The position numbers and the translations under genes were made by a program. The notes below the pieces were generated by a model that was not told where the DNA came from, ran no database searches, and saw nothing but the letters and a program-made list of their open reading frames with translations. Shown piece after piece: positions 27,242 to 36,369 of a DNA stretch of 64,000 nt; position 1 is the first letter of the stretch, and every line of letters starts with the position of its first letter. The stretch spans positions 134,800-198,799 of the forward strand of contig JACPDA010000004.1 of assembly GCA_016184225.1 (NCBI GenBank), read 5' to 3'. Source of the DNA: Candidatus Daviesbacteria bacterium (GTDB lineage Bacteria > Patescibacteriota > Microgenomatia > Daviesbacterales > UBA10151).

Positions 27242-28210
27242 ATGGAAAAAGCGATATTAAAAACACTTATTTATGCCGATATTTTTGATTATCCCTTAAA
27301 AATTAACGAAATCCAGAAATGGCTAATAGGTAAAAAAGCAACACTTAGACAGGTTGAATCGGCCATAAGCCGGTTAGTTAAAAATTCCAAGTTAAAAGTT
27401 CAAAGCGGTCATTATTTTTTGCCGGGGAAAACGGGTTTAGTGATGCAAAGAAAACGCCGGGAGAATCAGTCTGTTGAGTATTTCCGAAAAGCAAATATGC
27501 TCTGCCAAATTTTAAAAATTATCCCCTGGGTTAAATTGACAGGAATCTCCGGAGGCTTAGCTTTAGGTAATGCTTCTAAAAAAGATGACATAGATCTTTT
27601 TATCGTTACTGCCAGAAATCGCTTGTGGATTTCCCGCCTGCTGGCTTTAGGTGTATTGTCTCTGACGGGGCAAAGAAGAAAAGTTGGGGAAATGGGTAGA
27701 AAGATTGCCGGAAAGTTGTGTATTAATATTTTACTCGAAGAAGATAGATTAGAGCAAGAGAGTAAAGATATCTTTGTTGCACATGAGTTGTTACAGATGA
27801 AGGTTTTATGGCAAAGAGATGGGATTTATGTAAAGTATCTGGGAGACAATTCCTGGGCCTTTGAGTTTTTACCAAATTGGGTGGGTGTTGGGACAGTTCG
27901 TTTGGTCGCAAAAAAACGTTCGTACGGTAGAGACTTACTCACTTGTGAGGATTTTGTGAAAAGCCATGATAGTAAATCATTGAGTCAATCAGCACAAAAT
28001 CCTCAACATTTTTTGATTGACTCAAACTTCACTGTCCTTATTTGTGATTTATTAGAAAAACTGGCTAAATGGTGGCAGCTAAAGATCATGCAGGAGCCAC
28101 AAGGGATGGAGCGGATAGAAGATGGGGCGCTTTATTTTCACCCGCAGGACTGTAGGCTGCGGATTCTTTCTGAATACCAGCGGCGGATTAAAAAACTTAG
28201 CACCCCTTGA
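27242..28210 (+). CDS. Nucleotidyltransferase-domain protein (Pol beta superfamily), hypothetical
   Basis: NTase motif GISGGLALGNASKKDDIDLFIV (G[SG]x9-13 DxD). Contains an in-frame copy of the 1474-1563 hairpin repeat at 27947-28015. Confidence 0.5.
   Translation: MEKAILKTLIYADIFDYPLKINEIQKWLIGKKATLRQVESAISRLVKNSKLKVQSGHYFLPGKTGLVMQRKRRENQSVEYFRKANMLCQILKIIPWVKLTGISGGLALGNASKKDDIDLFIVTARNRLWISRLLALGVLSLTGQRRKVGEMGRKIAGKLCINILLEEDRLEQESKDIFVAHELLQMKVLWQRDGIYVKYLGDNSWAFEFLPNWVGVGTVRLVAKKRSYGRDLLTCEDFVKSHDSKSLSQSAQNPQHFLIDSNFTVLICDLLEKLAKWWQLKIMQEPQGMERIEDGALYFHPQDCRLRILSEYQRRIKKLSTP
27947..28015. repeat. In-frame hairpin insertion (GAGGATTTTGTG ... CACAAAATCCTC) in the nucleotidyltransferase CDS; copy of the intergenic repeat at 1474-1563
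   Basis: 12-bp perfect inverted repeat. Flanking CTCACTTGTGAG and GCACAAAATCCTCAACATTTTTTG match 1474-1551. Reads as LLTCEDFVKSHDSKSLSQSAQNPQHFL. Confidence 0.75.
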
Positions 28211-28249
28211 CAAGTAGTGCTAGATTTTGGTATAAATTGGTCCACATTT

Positions 28250-28567
28250 ATGGTCAAAGCTCAAAAAGGCGTTACAAAAGTTTCCATCAAGCCTTTGATG
28301 GGTTATGTGTTGGTGCAACCTTCTGAGGCAGAAAGCAGGACTGCTTCCGGTATAATTCTTCCAGAAAGTGCCCAAGAAAAACCAGCCCAGGGGATAGTTT
28401 TAGCAGTTGGTGATGATATGGTATTTGAAAACGGCAAAGTTTTGAAAGCTTCCGTAAAGCCGGGAGATAAGGTGGTTTATAAAAAATGGGGCGGAGATGA
28501 AATCAAAGTTGACGGGAAAGAATTAAAGTTAGTAAAATTCGACGACCTGATGGCAATATTGGAATAA
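28250..28567 (+). CDS. groES: Co-chaperonin GroES
   Basis: Typical GroES sequence IKPLMGYVLVQPSEAESRTASGIILPESAQEKPAQGIVLAVGDD. Start MVKAQKG chosen within the tool ORF 28217-28567. Confidence 0.85.
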   Translation: MVKAQKGVTKVSIKPLMGYVLVQPSEAESRTASGIILPESAQEKPAQGIVLAVGDDMVFENGKVLKASVKPGDKVVYKKWGGDEIKVDGKELKLVKFDDLMAILE

Positions 28568-28569
28568 AT

Positions 28570-28938
28570 ATGGGAAAAAAGGTGGAAACAGAAGCAGAAT
28601 TAGCTAGTCAATATAGACCCTTTGCTGTAAATCGCCTTCATACCGAGAGAGGAGATACAGGTACTCTTATGATTTTTACTGGTATAGTTGGGACTGGAGG
28701 CGTTGTAATAGCTGGAGTATCATATATTGCTGATAGGTATTTATCCCATTTAGAAGGTTTAGTGCCACAAGTTTTAGATGGTATTTCAAAGGCTGGAATA
28801 GGTGTGGGTGTCGCAGTCGCTACTGTAGGGTTTGGCATATCAGGTGCTTGTATAGTGGCGCTTCGGGAGAATATCAAGGATTCTTTAGTTGAAGGTAGAA
28901 AACTAGATGCATGGACTAGAATTAGCAGGAGAAAATAA
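28570..28938 (+). CDS. Small hydrophobic hypothetical protein inserted between groES and groEL
   Basis: 122 aa. Gly-rich TM segments. Tightly packed: ATG 2 nt after the groES stop, and its stop 2 nt before the groEL ATG. Confidence 0.45.
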   Translation: MGKKVETEAELASQYRPFAVNRLHTERGDTGTLMIFTGIVGTGGVVIAGVSYIADRYLSHLEGLVPQVLDGISKAGIGVGVAVATVGFGISGACIVALRENIKDSLVEGRKLDAWTRISRRK

Positions 28939-28940
28939 GA

Positions 28941-29633
28941 ATGGCTAAAATTTTAAAATTTAGAAGTAATAATATTGAAGCTTTAATAAGATGGGTCAAG
29001 AAAAACGGGGCTTGGAATAATAGCCACACAATTTTTGTCTGTATTAATTGCAATAAGTCTTTCTCTGGTGCCCCCTCAGCGAAAGCTAAGTTTTGCTCAA
29101 AGATTTGCTATTACAACAATATGAAACAAAGAAGAGGTGCAATTACTTCTCATTGGAAAGGCGGCATAAGCGAAGGCAATCGATGCCCAGATTGCCACAA
29201 GTCAATTAGCTATGCTTCAAAGCGATGTAAACCATGTGCAGTAAAATTGATGCCTCATATGCATATTACAGACAGACCCTGGTTAAGAGAGCCGGAGGCG
29301 ATCAGAAAGGCGCTAAGAAGACGTCCAGTTTCATCTCTGGAAGCAAAGTTTCAAGAGATTATAAATAAGAATAACTTACCTTATAAGTATGTTGGCAATG
29401 GCAAATTTTTTATCGAGCGTAAAAACCCTGATTTCATAAACATTAACGGGGAGAAGAAAGCTGTTGAAGTGTATGCCAGAAAACATAAAGAAAAATTAAG
29501 GAATCTTAGTATTGAAGAATGGAAAAAAGAGAGACAAGTTATTTTTGCGAAATATGGTTGGGAAATTATTTTCTTTGATGAAGTACAGTTAACTGAAAAT
29601 AATGTTTTAGTCACTCTAAAAGGAGGAAAATAA
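28941..29633 (+). CDS. Chimeric ORF: first 7 codons of groEL (MAKILKF) fused to a Cys-rich HNH-like endonuclease
   Basis: HNH-like pattern C-x2-C...C-x3-C...H-x9-N-x-C-x2-C-H...C-x2-C. C-terminal PD-(D/E)XK/Vsr-like segment [22 protein letters not shown]. Flanked by direct repeats. Confidence 0.55.
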   Translation: MAKILKFRSNNIEALIRWVKKNGAWNNSHTIFVCINCNKSFSGAPSAKAKFCSKICYYNNMKQRRGAITSHWKGGISEGNRCPDCHKSISYASKRCKPCAVKLMPHMHITDRPWLREPEAIRKALRRRPVSSLEAKFQEIINKNNLPYKYVGNGKFFIERKNPDFININGEKKAVEVYARKHKEKLRNLSIEEWKKERQVIFAKYGWEIIFFDEVQLTENNVLVTLKGGK

Positions 29634-29640
29634 AATTTCT
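28962..29640 (+). mobile_element. About 0.68 kb insertion in the 5' end of groEL carrying an HNH-like endonuclease ORF, flanked by 17-18 bp direct repeats
   Basis: Left repeat GCTAAAATTTTAAAATTT at 28944-28961; right repeat TCTAAAATCTTAAAATTT at 29638-29655. Joining codons 1-7 at 28941-28961 to 29656 onward restores the canonical GroEL N-terminus [18 protein letters not shown]. Confidence 0.6.
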
Positions 29641-31248
29641 AAAATCTTAAAATTTGATTCTGAGGCAAGAGAGAAATTATTAAAGGGTATTAATACCTTG
29701 ACTGAAGCTGTGGCTACCACACTGGGACCTAAAGGCCGCAATGTAGCTTTGGATAAAAAATGGGGAGCGCCGAATGTAGTACACGACGGAGTAACTGTAG
29801 CTAAAGAAATAGATTTAGAAGATCCCTTTGAAAATATGGGAGCCCAGCTTTTGAAAGAAGCAGCCAGTAAAACTTCTGATGTGGCCGGAGACGGTACCAC
29901 CACTGCCACAATTTTGGCCAAAGCGATCGTTAACGAGGGCTTAAAAAATATCCAAGCCGGCAGCAATCCCATGATCCTAAAGCATGGTATTGAAAAAGCA
30001 GTGATTGTTTTGGTGGAAGAGCTTAAGAAAATGAGTAAGAAAATTGCTTCCCAGGAAGAAGTCGCCCAGGTAGCCACTATTTCTGCTGCAGATTCCCAGA
30101 TTGGTAACTTAATAGCCGAATCCTTACAAAAAGTGGGTAAAGACGGGGTGGTTACGGTTGAGGAAGGCAAAACCATGGAGATGAGCGTGGATTATAAAGA
30201 AGGGATGGAGTTTGATAAAGGCTTTGTGTCCCCGTATTTTGTGACTGATACGGATAAGATGGAATCTTCTATTGAAGATGCCTGTATTTTAATTACCGAT
30301 AAAAAGATATCTTCGGCTGCTGATTTAGTGCCATTCCTGGAAAAATTTGTTCAAGTTAGTAAAAACCTGGTTATTATTGCCGATGAAGTGGAAGGTGAGG
30401 CCTTAGCGCTTTTGGTAGTTAATAAACTGCGGGGGACATTTAATGTTTTGGCAGTAAAAGCCCCGGGTTTTGGTGACCGGCGCAAAGAAAGCTTAGAAGA
30501 TATTGCTATTTTAACCGGCGGCGCAGTTTTGTCTGAAGATACTGGTAGAAAACTTGAGTCAGTGGAGATGGATGAGCTGGGTCGGGCCGGCCGGGTAACT
30601 TCCAATAAAGACAATACTTTGATTGTGGATGGCAAAGGCACAAAAGCTAAGATTGAAGCCAGAATTTCCCAGATTAAAAGAGAGCTGGCCGGCTCTGATT
30701 CCGAATTTGATAAAGAAAAGCTGCAGGAGAGACTAGCAAAGCTGACCGGCGGGGTAGCAGTTATCAGTGTGGGAGCTGCCACAGAAGTTGAGCTAAAAGA
30801 GAAAAAAGAAAGAGTAATTGATGCAGTGGCTGCCACAAAAGCTGCCATAGAAGAAGGGATTGTGGCTGGTGGAGAAGTAGCCCTGCTTCGGGCAGGCAAA
30901 GCGCTGGATTCTGTGGTAGCTAGCGGTGAAGAAGCAGTTGGAGTAGAAATAGTCAAAAGAGCCCTGGAACAGCCTTTTAGGACGTTGGTGAAAAATGCCG
31001 GTATGGATGATGGAATTGCGTTGTCTAAAGTCATGGCCAGCCAGGGCAATATGGGGGTTGATGTATTAGATGGCGAAGTTAAAGACTTGGTAAAGGTTGG
31101 TATTATTGATCCGGTGAAGGTAGCCCGTTCTGCTTTGCAGAATGCAGCTTCAGTAGCGGTCATGGTGATGACAACAAATTGTCTCGTAACAGACGCAAAA
31201 GAGCCTGAGAAACAACAAATACCAACTGGTGGTATGCCAGAATACTAG
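29635..31248 (+). CDS. groEL: Chaperonin GroEL (60 kDa), 5' end displaced by an insertion
   Basis: Conserved [21 protein letters not shown], full GroEL length. The in-frame upstream stretch [20 protein letters not shown] has no ATG; the nearest candidate starts are ATT at 29635 or TTG at 29698. The original ATG plus 6 codons sits at 28941-28961. Confidence 0.8.
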   Translation: MSKILKFDSEAREKLLKGINTLTEAVATTLGPKGRNVALDKKWGAPNVVHDGVTVAKEIDLEDPFENMGAQLLKEAASKTSDVAGDGTTTATILAKAIVNEGLKNIQAGSNPMILKHGIEKAVIVLVEELKKMSKKIASQEEVAQVATISAADSQIGNLIAESLQKVGKDGVVTVEEGKTMEMSVDYKEGMEFDKGFVSPYFVTDTDKMESSIEDACILITDKKISSAADLVPFLEKFVQVSKNLVIIADEVEGEALALLVVNKLRGTFNVLAVKAPGFGDRRKESLEDIAILTGGAVLSEDTGRKLESVEMDELGRAGRVTSNKDNTLIVDGKGTKAKIEARISQIKRELAGSDSEFDKEKLQERLAKLTGGVAVISVGAATEVELKEKKERVIDAVAATKAAIEEGIVAGGEVALLRAGKALDSVVASGEEAVGVEIVKRALEQPFRTLVKNAGMDDGIALSKVMASQGNMGVDVLDGEVKDLVKVGIIDPVKVARSALQNAASVAVMVMTTNCLVTDAKEPEKQQIPTGGMPEY

Positions 31249-31262
31249 AGTTTAGTATAAAT

Positions 31263-31661
31263 ATGACTGAGAAAGTACCTGAAAATCCTACTGATGTTTT
31301 TAGCCTTTTGGATGCACTTTGTGAGGAAGATGGTACTTCTCCGGCTAAGCGTGTAAAGCAGGTGGTTAGTGGGATAAGTAGAGTACATGGTCTGGTAAGG
31401 GATCCGGGAGGGAAATTTACTGTTCTGGGGATTGACAAGTTTGACGGTTCGGATTGGGTGGAAGGAAAATTTGATTCACCAGAGGAAGCGTTATCTGCGG
31501 CACGGCGTAGGACAAGTGAGAATAAGCAATTGGCCAGTAGCGCTGATATTGCCACTGTTTTTTATGCCTACAATTCCGAGGGTGTTTACTTGGGTGGTGA
31601 CACTTGGGATGAGGAGGAACGGAGGCTCTATGAGGAAAGCCAAGGTAAAGCTAACCCCTAA
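31263..31661 (+). CDS. Hypothetical protein
   Basis: 132 aa acidic ORF with no recognisable motif. Confidence 0.35.
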   Translation: MTEKVPENPTDVFSLLDALCEEDGTSPAKRVKQVVSGISRVHGLVRDPGGKFTVLGIDKFDGSDWVEGKFDSPEEALSAARRRTSENKQLASSADIATVFYAYNSEGVYLGGDTWDEEERRLYEESQGKANP

Positions 31662-31680
31662 TTTCAGTTCTATTACTTCC

Positions 31681-32046
31681 GTCATTCTGGTAAGTGAGTG
31701 AAACGAATGCACCCAGAATCTTATCAAGGAATATAATAGTTTTATGTATGTTTACATAATGGCTAACAGTAGACCTACCATTTATACAGGAGTAACCAGC
31801 GATCTAATTAGGAGAGTATATGAACATAAGCAGGGATTTATTGAGGGGTTTACTAAAAAGTATCATCTGTATAAACTAATTTACTACGAAGTCGTAGAAG
31901 GACAAATGGAAGCTATTATTAGAGAGAAACAGATTAAAGATATGAATAGGGTAGAGAAATTAGAGATGATCAAAAAATTTAATCCCGATTTTCAGGATCT
32001 TTACCCGCAGATTATTTAAGAACGATTCTGGACAAGCCAGAATGAC
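31681..32046 (+). mobile_element. Full-length GTCATTCTGG...CCAGAATGAC element carrying a GIY-YIG (YhbQ-like) ORF; putative master copy of the MITE-like elements
   Basis: Left terminal hairpin GTCATTCTGGTAAGTGAGTGAAACGAATGCACCCAGAATC (31681-31720). Right terminal hairpin GATTCTGGACAAGCCAGAATGAC (32024-32046). GIY-YIG ORF 31744-32019 lies between them. Confidence 0.7.
31744..32019 (+). CDS. GIY-YIG nuclease family protein (UPF0213/YhbQ-like)
   Basis: 91 aa. GIY-YIG core [28 protein letters not shown]; paralog of the CDS at 7469-7741. Confidence 0.75.
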   Translation: MYVYIMANSRPTIYTGVTSDLIRRVYEHKQGFIEGFTKKYHLYKLIYYEVVEGQMEAIIREKQIKDMNRVEKLEMIKKFNPDFQDLYPQII

Positions 32047-32070
32047 AGAGTTTGTTGTATATTAATAATA

Positions 32071-32664
32071 ATGGCTAAGTTTCATTACCGGGAATCTCCG
32101 ACGGAAAAGCAAAGACAGGCTTTTAAAAAATATCTCTCAGAGGATGAGGAACTGGTTCTAGTGACAGGATTATCCGCAGCCTTTATCAGATCTAGGTTCT
32201 TAATCTATACCCTTTTTCCGGGTATGCTTTTTTTAGGTTTGGGTCTGGGAGTGGGATGGCTTCTGGCTTTAGATAAAATCTGGGCTTTAATTTTAGGGTT
32301 AGGAGGGATGTTTTTAGTGGCATTTGTTAAAACAATGCATGTTTATCACTCTAACAGATATTTGCTTACCACCAGAAGGGTAATCATTAAAAAGGGTTTT
32401 TTCTCGGTTAAATTAACAGCTGCTCTTTTTGATAAAATCACTCATCTTGAAGTGGGTCAATCTATTATTGATCGGCTCTTGATGCACCAGGGTACCATTA
32501 TTGTTAATACGGCCGGTTTAAATAAAGGAGAAATTATGTTGAAGTATGTAGATTATCCTTTAGAACTTAAGAACTTATTAGAAAGACTGATTAATCGCGA
32601 AAGAGAACAGTTCGGACTGCGGGGGGCGACCCTGACAGAAGTCGAAGGCGAAATTATTTCTTAG
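32071..32664 (+). CDS. Bacterial PH-domain (bPH_2/YdbS-like) membrane protein
   Basis: Two N-terminal TM helices followed by a bPH_2 region (LLTTRRVIIKKGFFSVKLTAALFDKITHLEVGQSIIDRLL). Confidence 0.65.
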   Translation: MAKFHYRESPTEKQRQAFKKYLSEDEELVLVTGLSAAFIRSRFLIYTLFPGMLFLGLGLGVGWLLALDKIWALILGLGGMFLVAFVKTMHVYHSNRYLLTTRRVIIKKGFFSVKLTAALFDKITHLEVGQSIIDRLLMHQGTIIVNTAGLNKGEIMLKYVDYPLELKNLLERLINREREQFGLRGATLTEVEGEIIS

Positions 32665-33289
32665 CCAAGACCATTGGCATATCAGGGATTTCCGGGAGTA
32701 GAGTCAGCGGGTTAACATAATTTCCTTCGCGGGTAATTTCTAGGTGGGTATGCGGACCGGAAGTGTAACCAGTTAGTCCGACTTCTCCCAGAATATTTTC
32801 CTGAGTGACCTTATTCCCTACCTTAATATAAATTTTGCCCATATGGGCATATTTTGATTGAAAGCCGTTTTGGTGGCTAACTACCACGAAATTACCCAAG
32901 CCGAAAATATCCCTGCCCGCTTCGGAAACCTCGCCGTCGATGATGGGGTGGATAGGCATACCTAGACCGGTGGCAATATCTATGCCGGGATGATAAGAAG
33001 AATACCTGGTTGATAGATATCCGGGATGCGGGAGAATAAGTGGTTTTGAAAAGGAGTTGGCAATGATTTCACCTTTTTGTTCCAGGCTGGAAGCTTTCAC
33101 TACAGAACGCTTAACAGGTGGAATAGAAAAAGCAGGGTAAACCCCTAGAAGCGTTAAAGAAATGAAAACAAAAATTGTAAGCCTTGTAAACCTTTTCGGG
33201 AACCTTAGCTTAATTTTAGATAATCTCTGAAGTAGGGCGTCCCTTTCAGAAACTATTTTAGACAGAAGGTTTTTGTTTTGACTTTTCAA
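32654..33289 (-). CDS. M23 family metallopeptidase (LytM-like)
   Basis: HPGIDI, HxH (GPHTHLE) and VVSHQNGFQSKYAHMG motifs. TTG start. Confidence 0.8.
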   Translation of the reverse strand: MKSQNKNLLSKIVSERDALLQRLSKIKLRFPKRFTRLTIFVFISLTLLGVYPAFSIPPVKRSVVKASSLEQKGEIIANSFSKPLILPHPGYLSTRYSSYHPGIDIATGLGMPIHPIIDGEVSEAGRDIFGLGNFVVVSHQNGFQSKYAHMGKIYIKVGNKVTQENILGEVGLTGYTSGPHTHLEITREGNYVNPLTLLPEIPDMPMVLAKK

Positions 33290-33355
33290 AACAAATCCCG
33301 ATTAAATCGGGACAAGGGCGTATGATAACAGATCTTAAGATCAATGTCAAAGATC

Positions 33356-33375
33356 TTAGGGTATAATTGACAAAG
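33356..33375. promoter_or_regulatory. Second copy of the TTAGGGTATAATTGACAAAG promoter-region 20-mer
   Basis: Identical to 23556-23575. Sits in the divergent M23 / PEGA-protein intergenic region, followed by ATTAATGAAAAAG at the start of the downstream gene. Confidence 0.5.
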
Positions 33376-33394
33376 TGAGTAGAGGGATCTATTA

Positions 33395-34198
33395 ATGAAA
33401 AAGCTTATTCTCTGGTTTCTAGTACTGATTAGTTTTGTGGCTTTACTACTTCGTTTTAGCGATAGGGCAGCAGAAATCTTTTTAGGTATTAAACAGACGA
33501 GCGGTATTTCTGTTTTATCAGAACCAGCGCAGGCTGTGGTTTTCTTAAACGAAAAAGAAGCAGGCACCACACCCTATGAAGATAAAAATCTGGCAGCGGG
33601 TGATTATGTGGTTAAAATTACAAAAGGGAAAGCTTCTTGGCAAGGTAGGGTTAAGCTGACTCCCGGGACCGTGACTGTCATAAACAGGGATTTAGCAGAA
33701 GATATGGCATCTTCAGCCGGAGAGATCCTCACGTTAAATAGAGGTAAGGGTTTGACCGTCATTTCTAACCCAACAGGAGCGGCAGTAGAAGTAGATGGGA
33801 AATCTTATGGCAGTACACCGATTACAGTTAATGTTGAAATAGGGCAGCATACTATTTTGGTAAGCCACACAAATTACCTAAAAAGGAGCATCAGGGCAGA
33901 TTTGCCAAATAATTTTAACTTAACAGTTTCGGTAAATTTAGCTCTTTCCGAGGCTGATTTGAGTACTACCATAACCTCCGTAATCACTGTTACTCCGGAA
34001 GTGGTGGTTAGGCAAACTCCCACAGGGTTTTTGCGGGTTAGAGATAAAGCATCATTGAATGGAAAGGAAATTGCCCAGGTAAAACCAGGGGATACGCTGA
34101 TACTTTTAGAAGAACAAGGAGCATGGGATCGGATACGATTGTCTGACGGGACAGAAGGTTTTGTTTCTTCCGCATATGTTGAAAAGAAAAATCCTTAA
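33395..34198 (+). CDS. PEGA-domain (x2) + SH3b-domain secreted/membrane-anchored protein
   Basis: N-terminal TM. Two PEGA-like repeats (PAQAVVFLNEKEAGTTPYED; PTGAAVEVDGKSYGSTPIT). C-terminal SH3_3-like region GFLRVRDKASLNGKEIAQVKPGDTLILLEE. Confidence 0.65.
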   Translation: MKKLILWFLVLISFVALLLRFSDRAAEIFLGIKQTSGISVLSEPAQAVVFLNEKEAGTTPYEDKNLAAGDYVVKITKGKASWQGRVKLTPGTVTVINRDLAEDMASSAGEILTLNRGKGLTVISNPTGAAVEVDGKSYGSTPITVNVEIGQHTILVSHTNYLKRSIRADLPNNFNLTVSVNLALSEADLSTTITSVITVTPEVVVRQTPTGFLRVRDKASLNGKEIAQVKPGDTLILLEEQGAWDRIRLSDGTEGFVSSAYVEKKNP

Positions 34199-34199
34199 G

Positions 34200-34853
34200 T
34201 TACGTTTCAAGCACGGATTCTCCTTTAAGTTTTTGCATATCTTTAACTACCAAATTTTTCCCCCGATGAGCGATTAGACCCTTTTGTTGCAGTTTTTCCA
34301 TCTCAATACTGACAGTTTCCCTGGCCACTCCGATCAGGTTAGCAATATCTTGATGGGTTAGCGGGACTGGTATTAAAATGCCATTTTTGTCTTTAACCCC
34401 AAACCTTTCGGCACAGATTAATATGATTGAAGCTACTTTACTTTGGGCATGACCAAAGATGGCATGTTCCATTCTGCTTAAAACTCCTCCGAAACGCGTC
34501 AAAATTCGGCTGTTTATGTCAAACAACACCTCAGCGTTGTCCTTAATAAAAGTTAAAAATTCTCTTCGCGGTGCCTGATAAACTTCAGTGTCAGTCATGG
34601 CCTCTAGGTAATAAGTATTCGGGGTATCATTTATAGTCCACATCATGGGGAAAAAATCCTCTGCCTTAAAAATAATTAGGGTTAATTCCTGAGCATTGCC
34701 AGAAATAGAATAAAGCCTGACATAACCTTTCTTAAGATATAAAACACCTTTTGGTTTATCATCTGCTCGCAGGATTGTCCTACCCTTTTTAAAAGATAGT
34801 TTCTTAAATCTGGAGAAAAAATTATTCAACTTTCCGGAAATTTGTGGCTCCAT
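34200..34853 (-). CDS. Crp/Fnr family transcriptional regulator
   Basis: cNMP-binding beta-barrel region plus C-terminal HTH (HQDIANLIGVARETVSIEMEKLQQKGLI). Confidence 0.8.
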   Translation of the reverse strand: MEPQISGKLNNFFSRFKKLSFKKGRTILRADDKPKGVLYLKKGYVRLYSISGNAQELTLIIFKAEDFFPMMWTINDTPNTYYLEAMTDTEVYQAPRREFLTFIKDNAEVLFDINSRILTRFGGVLSRMEHAIFGHAQSKVASIILICAERFGVKDKNGILIPVPLTHQDIANLIGVARETVSIEMEKLQQKGLIAHRGKNLVVKDMQKLKGESVLET

Positions 34854-34968
34854 TTGTGGCTACTGGATTGTACTAAAGTAACAGACTGCAATCAAATACT
34901 AGCTTGTTAGATATATTACTGCATTTTATTTATTTTAAGAGTAAGTTCTATTTGAAAAGAGGTGGAAC

Positions 34969-35424
34969 ATGGACTATCGTGCGAGGAGTGATATTTGGCA
35001 ATCTGACGAGGCTTTGAAAGTTGGGCAAGCAATTTCCCCAACTAATAGATCACGGGTACTGGCCAGGTTTAGACAAATCTTTCCCTTGGTTTTATTTCCG
35101 GATGATTTAATAATAGAAGAACTTCGAATAATTTGGGTTCGTAGAGATGGACCTTGGGCAGAAGAAATTATTTCCATTATGGCTACAGATATAGCCAGTG
35201 TAGATGCTTCAGCCGGACCGCTACTTGGACGCATCCATGTCAAAAGTCTAACAGGTGGTCCGGAGATTTTGGTAGATAATTTTTCCAGAGGAGATGTTTA
35301 TCGAATTCGTTGTTTAGTTGAGGGGATTGCCTTGGCGGCAAGAGCCGGGCTAAAGGTGGATGTTGAAGATTTAGAAACTAAAAAAGAGTTGCTTGCAAAA
35401 GCAGGGTTTGTTAAATTACATTAA
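34969..35424 (+). CDS. Hypothetical protein
   Basis: 151 aa ORF with no recognisable motif; divergent from the Crp-family gene. Confidence 0.35.
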   Translation: MDYRARSDIWQSDEALKVGQAISPTNRSRVLARFRQIFPLVLFPDDLIIEELRIIWVRRDGPWAEEIISIMATDIASVDASAGPLLGRIHVKSLTGGPEILVDNFSRGDVYRIRCLVEGIALAARAGLKVDVEDLETKKELLAKAGFVKLH

Positions 35425-35436
35425 GGTCAAAAATCC

Positions 35437-36369
35437 CTATGCCCCCAAGAAGTAAATAATTCCCAACACTAAAACTGCCCATATTAAAACAGCGACCAGT
35501 AACGGAGTATCAGTTAAAATTACCCGCTCGGGAGACTCCCCTTCTTTTTTTTCATAAATAATATAGAGATACCTCATTACGGCATAAAGTACTACCGGTA
35601 CGGTTGCCATTAAATACTTGGCCTGTGCAAAAGGTAATTCAAACCCACCCAGGAACATTGAAACTAGCTGTCGTGCTTGGATAGGCGGTTGCAGGAAAGC
35701 AAAGAAAGCATATGTGAGCCAGGTGGAATTGGCGAACATGCTGGTTAAAATATCGAGTAAATTTTCCGGATAATGCAGCAGCGTTTCCCGGTGGCGGGCG
35801 GCTTGGGAGGTCATTAAAGTCCGTTCTGACCTTCTTTTCCCGATTGCCAAAAATAGCGCGAAGCTGGTGACGGAGAGTAAAAACCAAACATTTAAATGCG
35901 CATCTATTGCCCAAACTCCGCCGTAAACCCGGAGAACAAACCCGGCTGCAATTACCAATACATCAATTAAAATGACTTGTTTGAGATATGCCGAGTAAAA
36001 AAGCTGTATGATTAGGTAAGTCAACGCAGCAAAGAAAAAAGCCGGGGAGAGTTTATAGGAAAGAGGTAAAAAGATGGCAATTGCACTGAGTGCTAAAGTT
36101 ATCGCTAAAGGGACGGGAACAAGACCAGAGGCAATTGGCCGTTTTCTTTTAAACGGATGTAATTTATCTCTTTCAATGTCGAATACGTCGTTTAAAAGAT
36201 AAGTGGCAGATGAAAAAATACAAAAGAGGGTAAAGGCCTCGATAGTTTTTAAGAGATTAATGGGATCAAACAGCGTTCCGGAGAAGATTAAAGCGGCAAA
36301 AACAGCGCAATTTTTTATCCATTGTCTGGGGCGCGACGCTTTGAATATTCCCCAAAAAAGTTTAACCAT
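35437..36369 (-). CDS. UbiA-family prenyltransferase (decaprenyl-phosphate phosphoribosyltransferase-like)
   Basis: Asp-rich motif NDVFDIERDKLHP...RPIASG; 8-9 TM helices. The 5' end overlaps the upstream gene by about 55 nt, so the true start may be internal. Confidence 0.75.
   Translation of the reverse strand: MVKLFWGIFKASRPRQWIKNCAVFAALIFSGTLFDPINLLKTIEAFTLFCIFSSATYLLNDVFDIERDKLHPFKRKRPIASGLVPVPLAITLALSAIAIFLPLSYKLSPAFFFAALTYLIIQLFYSAYLKQVILIDVLVIAAGFVLRVYGGVWAIDAHLNVWFLLSVTSFALFLAIGKRRSERTLMTSQAARHRETLLHYPENLLDILTSMFANSTWLTYAFFAFLQPPIQARQLVSMFLGGFELPFAQAKYLMATVPVVLYAVMRYLYIIYEKKEGESPERVILTDTPLLVAVLIWAVLVLGIIYFLGA

Noticed and set aside
29616-31555. Minus-strand ORFs 29616-30176, 30351-31163 and 31160-31555, Ser/Thr/Ala-rich
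   Set aside because: They lie entirely antisense to the highly conserved groEL. Their composition is typical of antisense translation of a conserved gene, so they are spurious.
33290-33340. Hairpin AAATCCCGATTAAATCGGGAC as a terminator
   Set aside because: It lies upstream, in the 5' leader, of the minus-strand M23 gene, between divergent starts. It is more likely a leader or attenuator structure or operator than a terminator.
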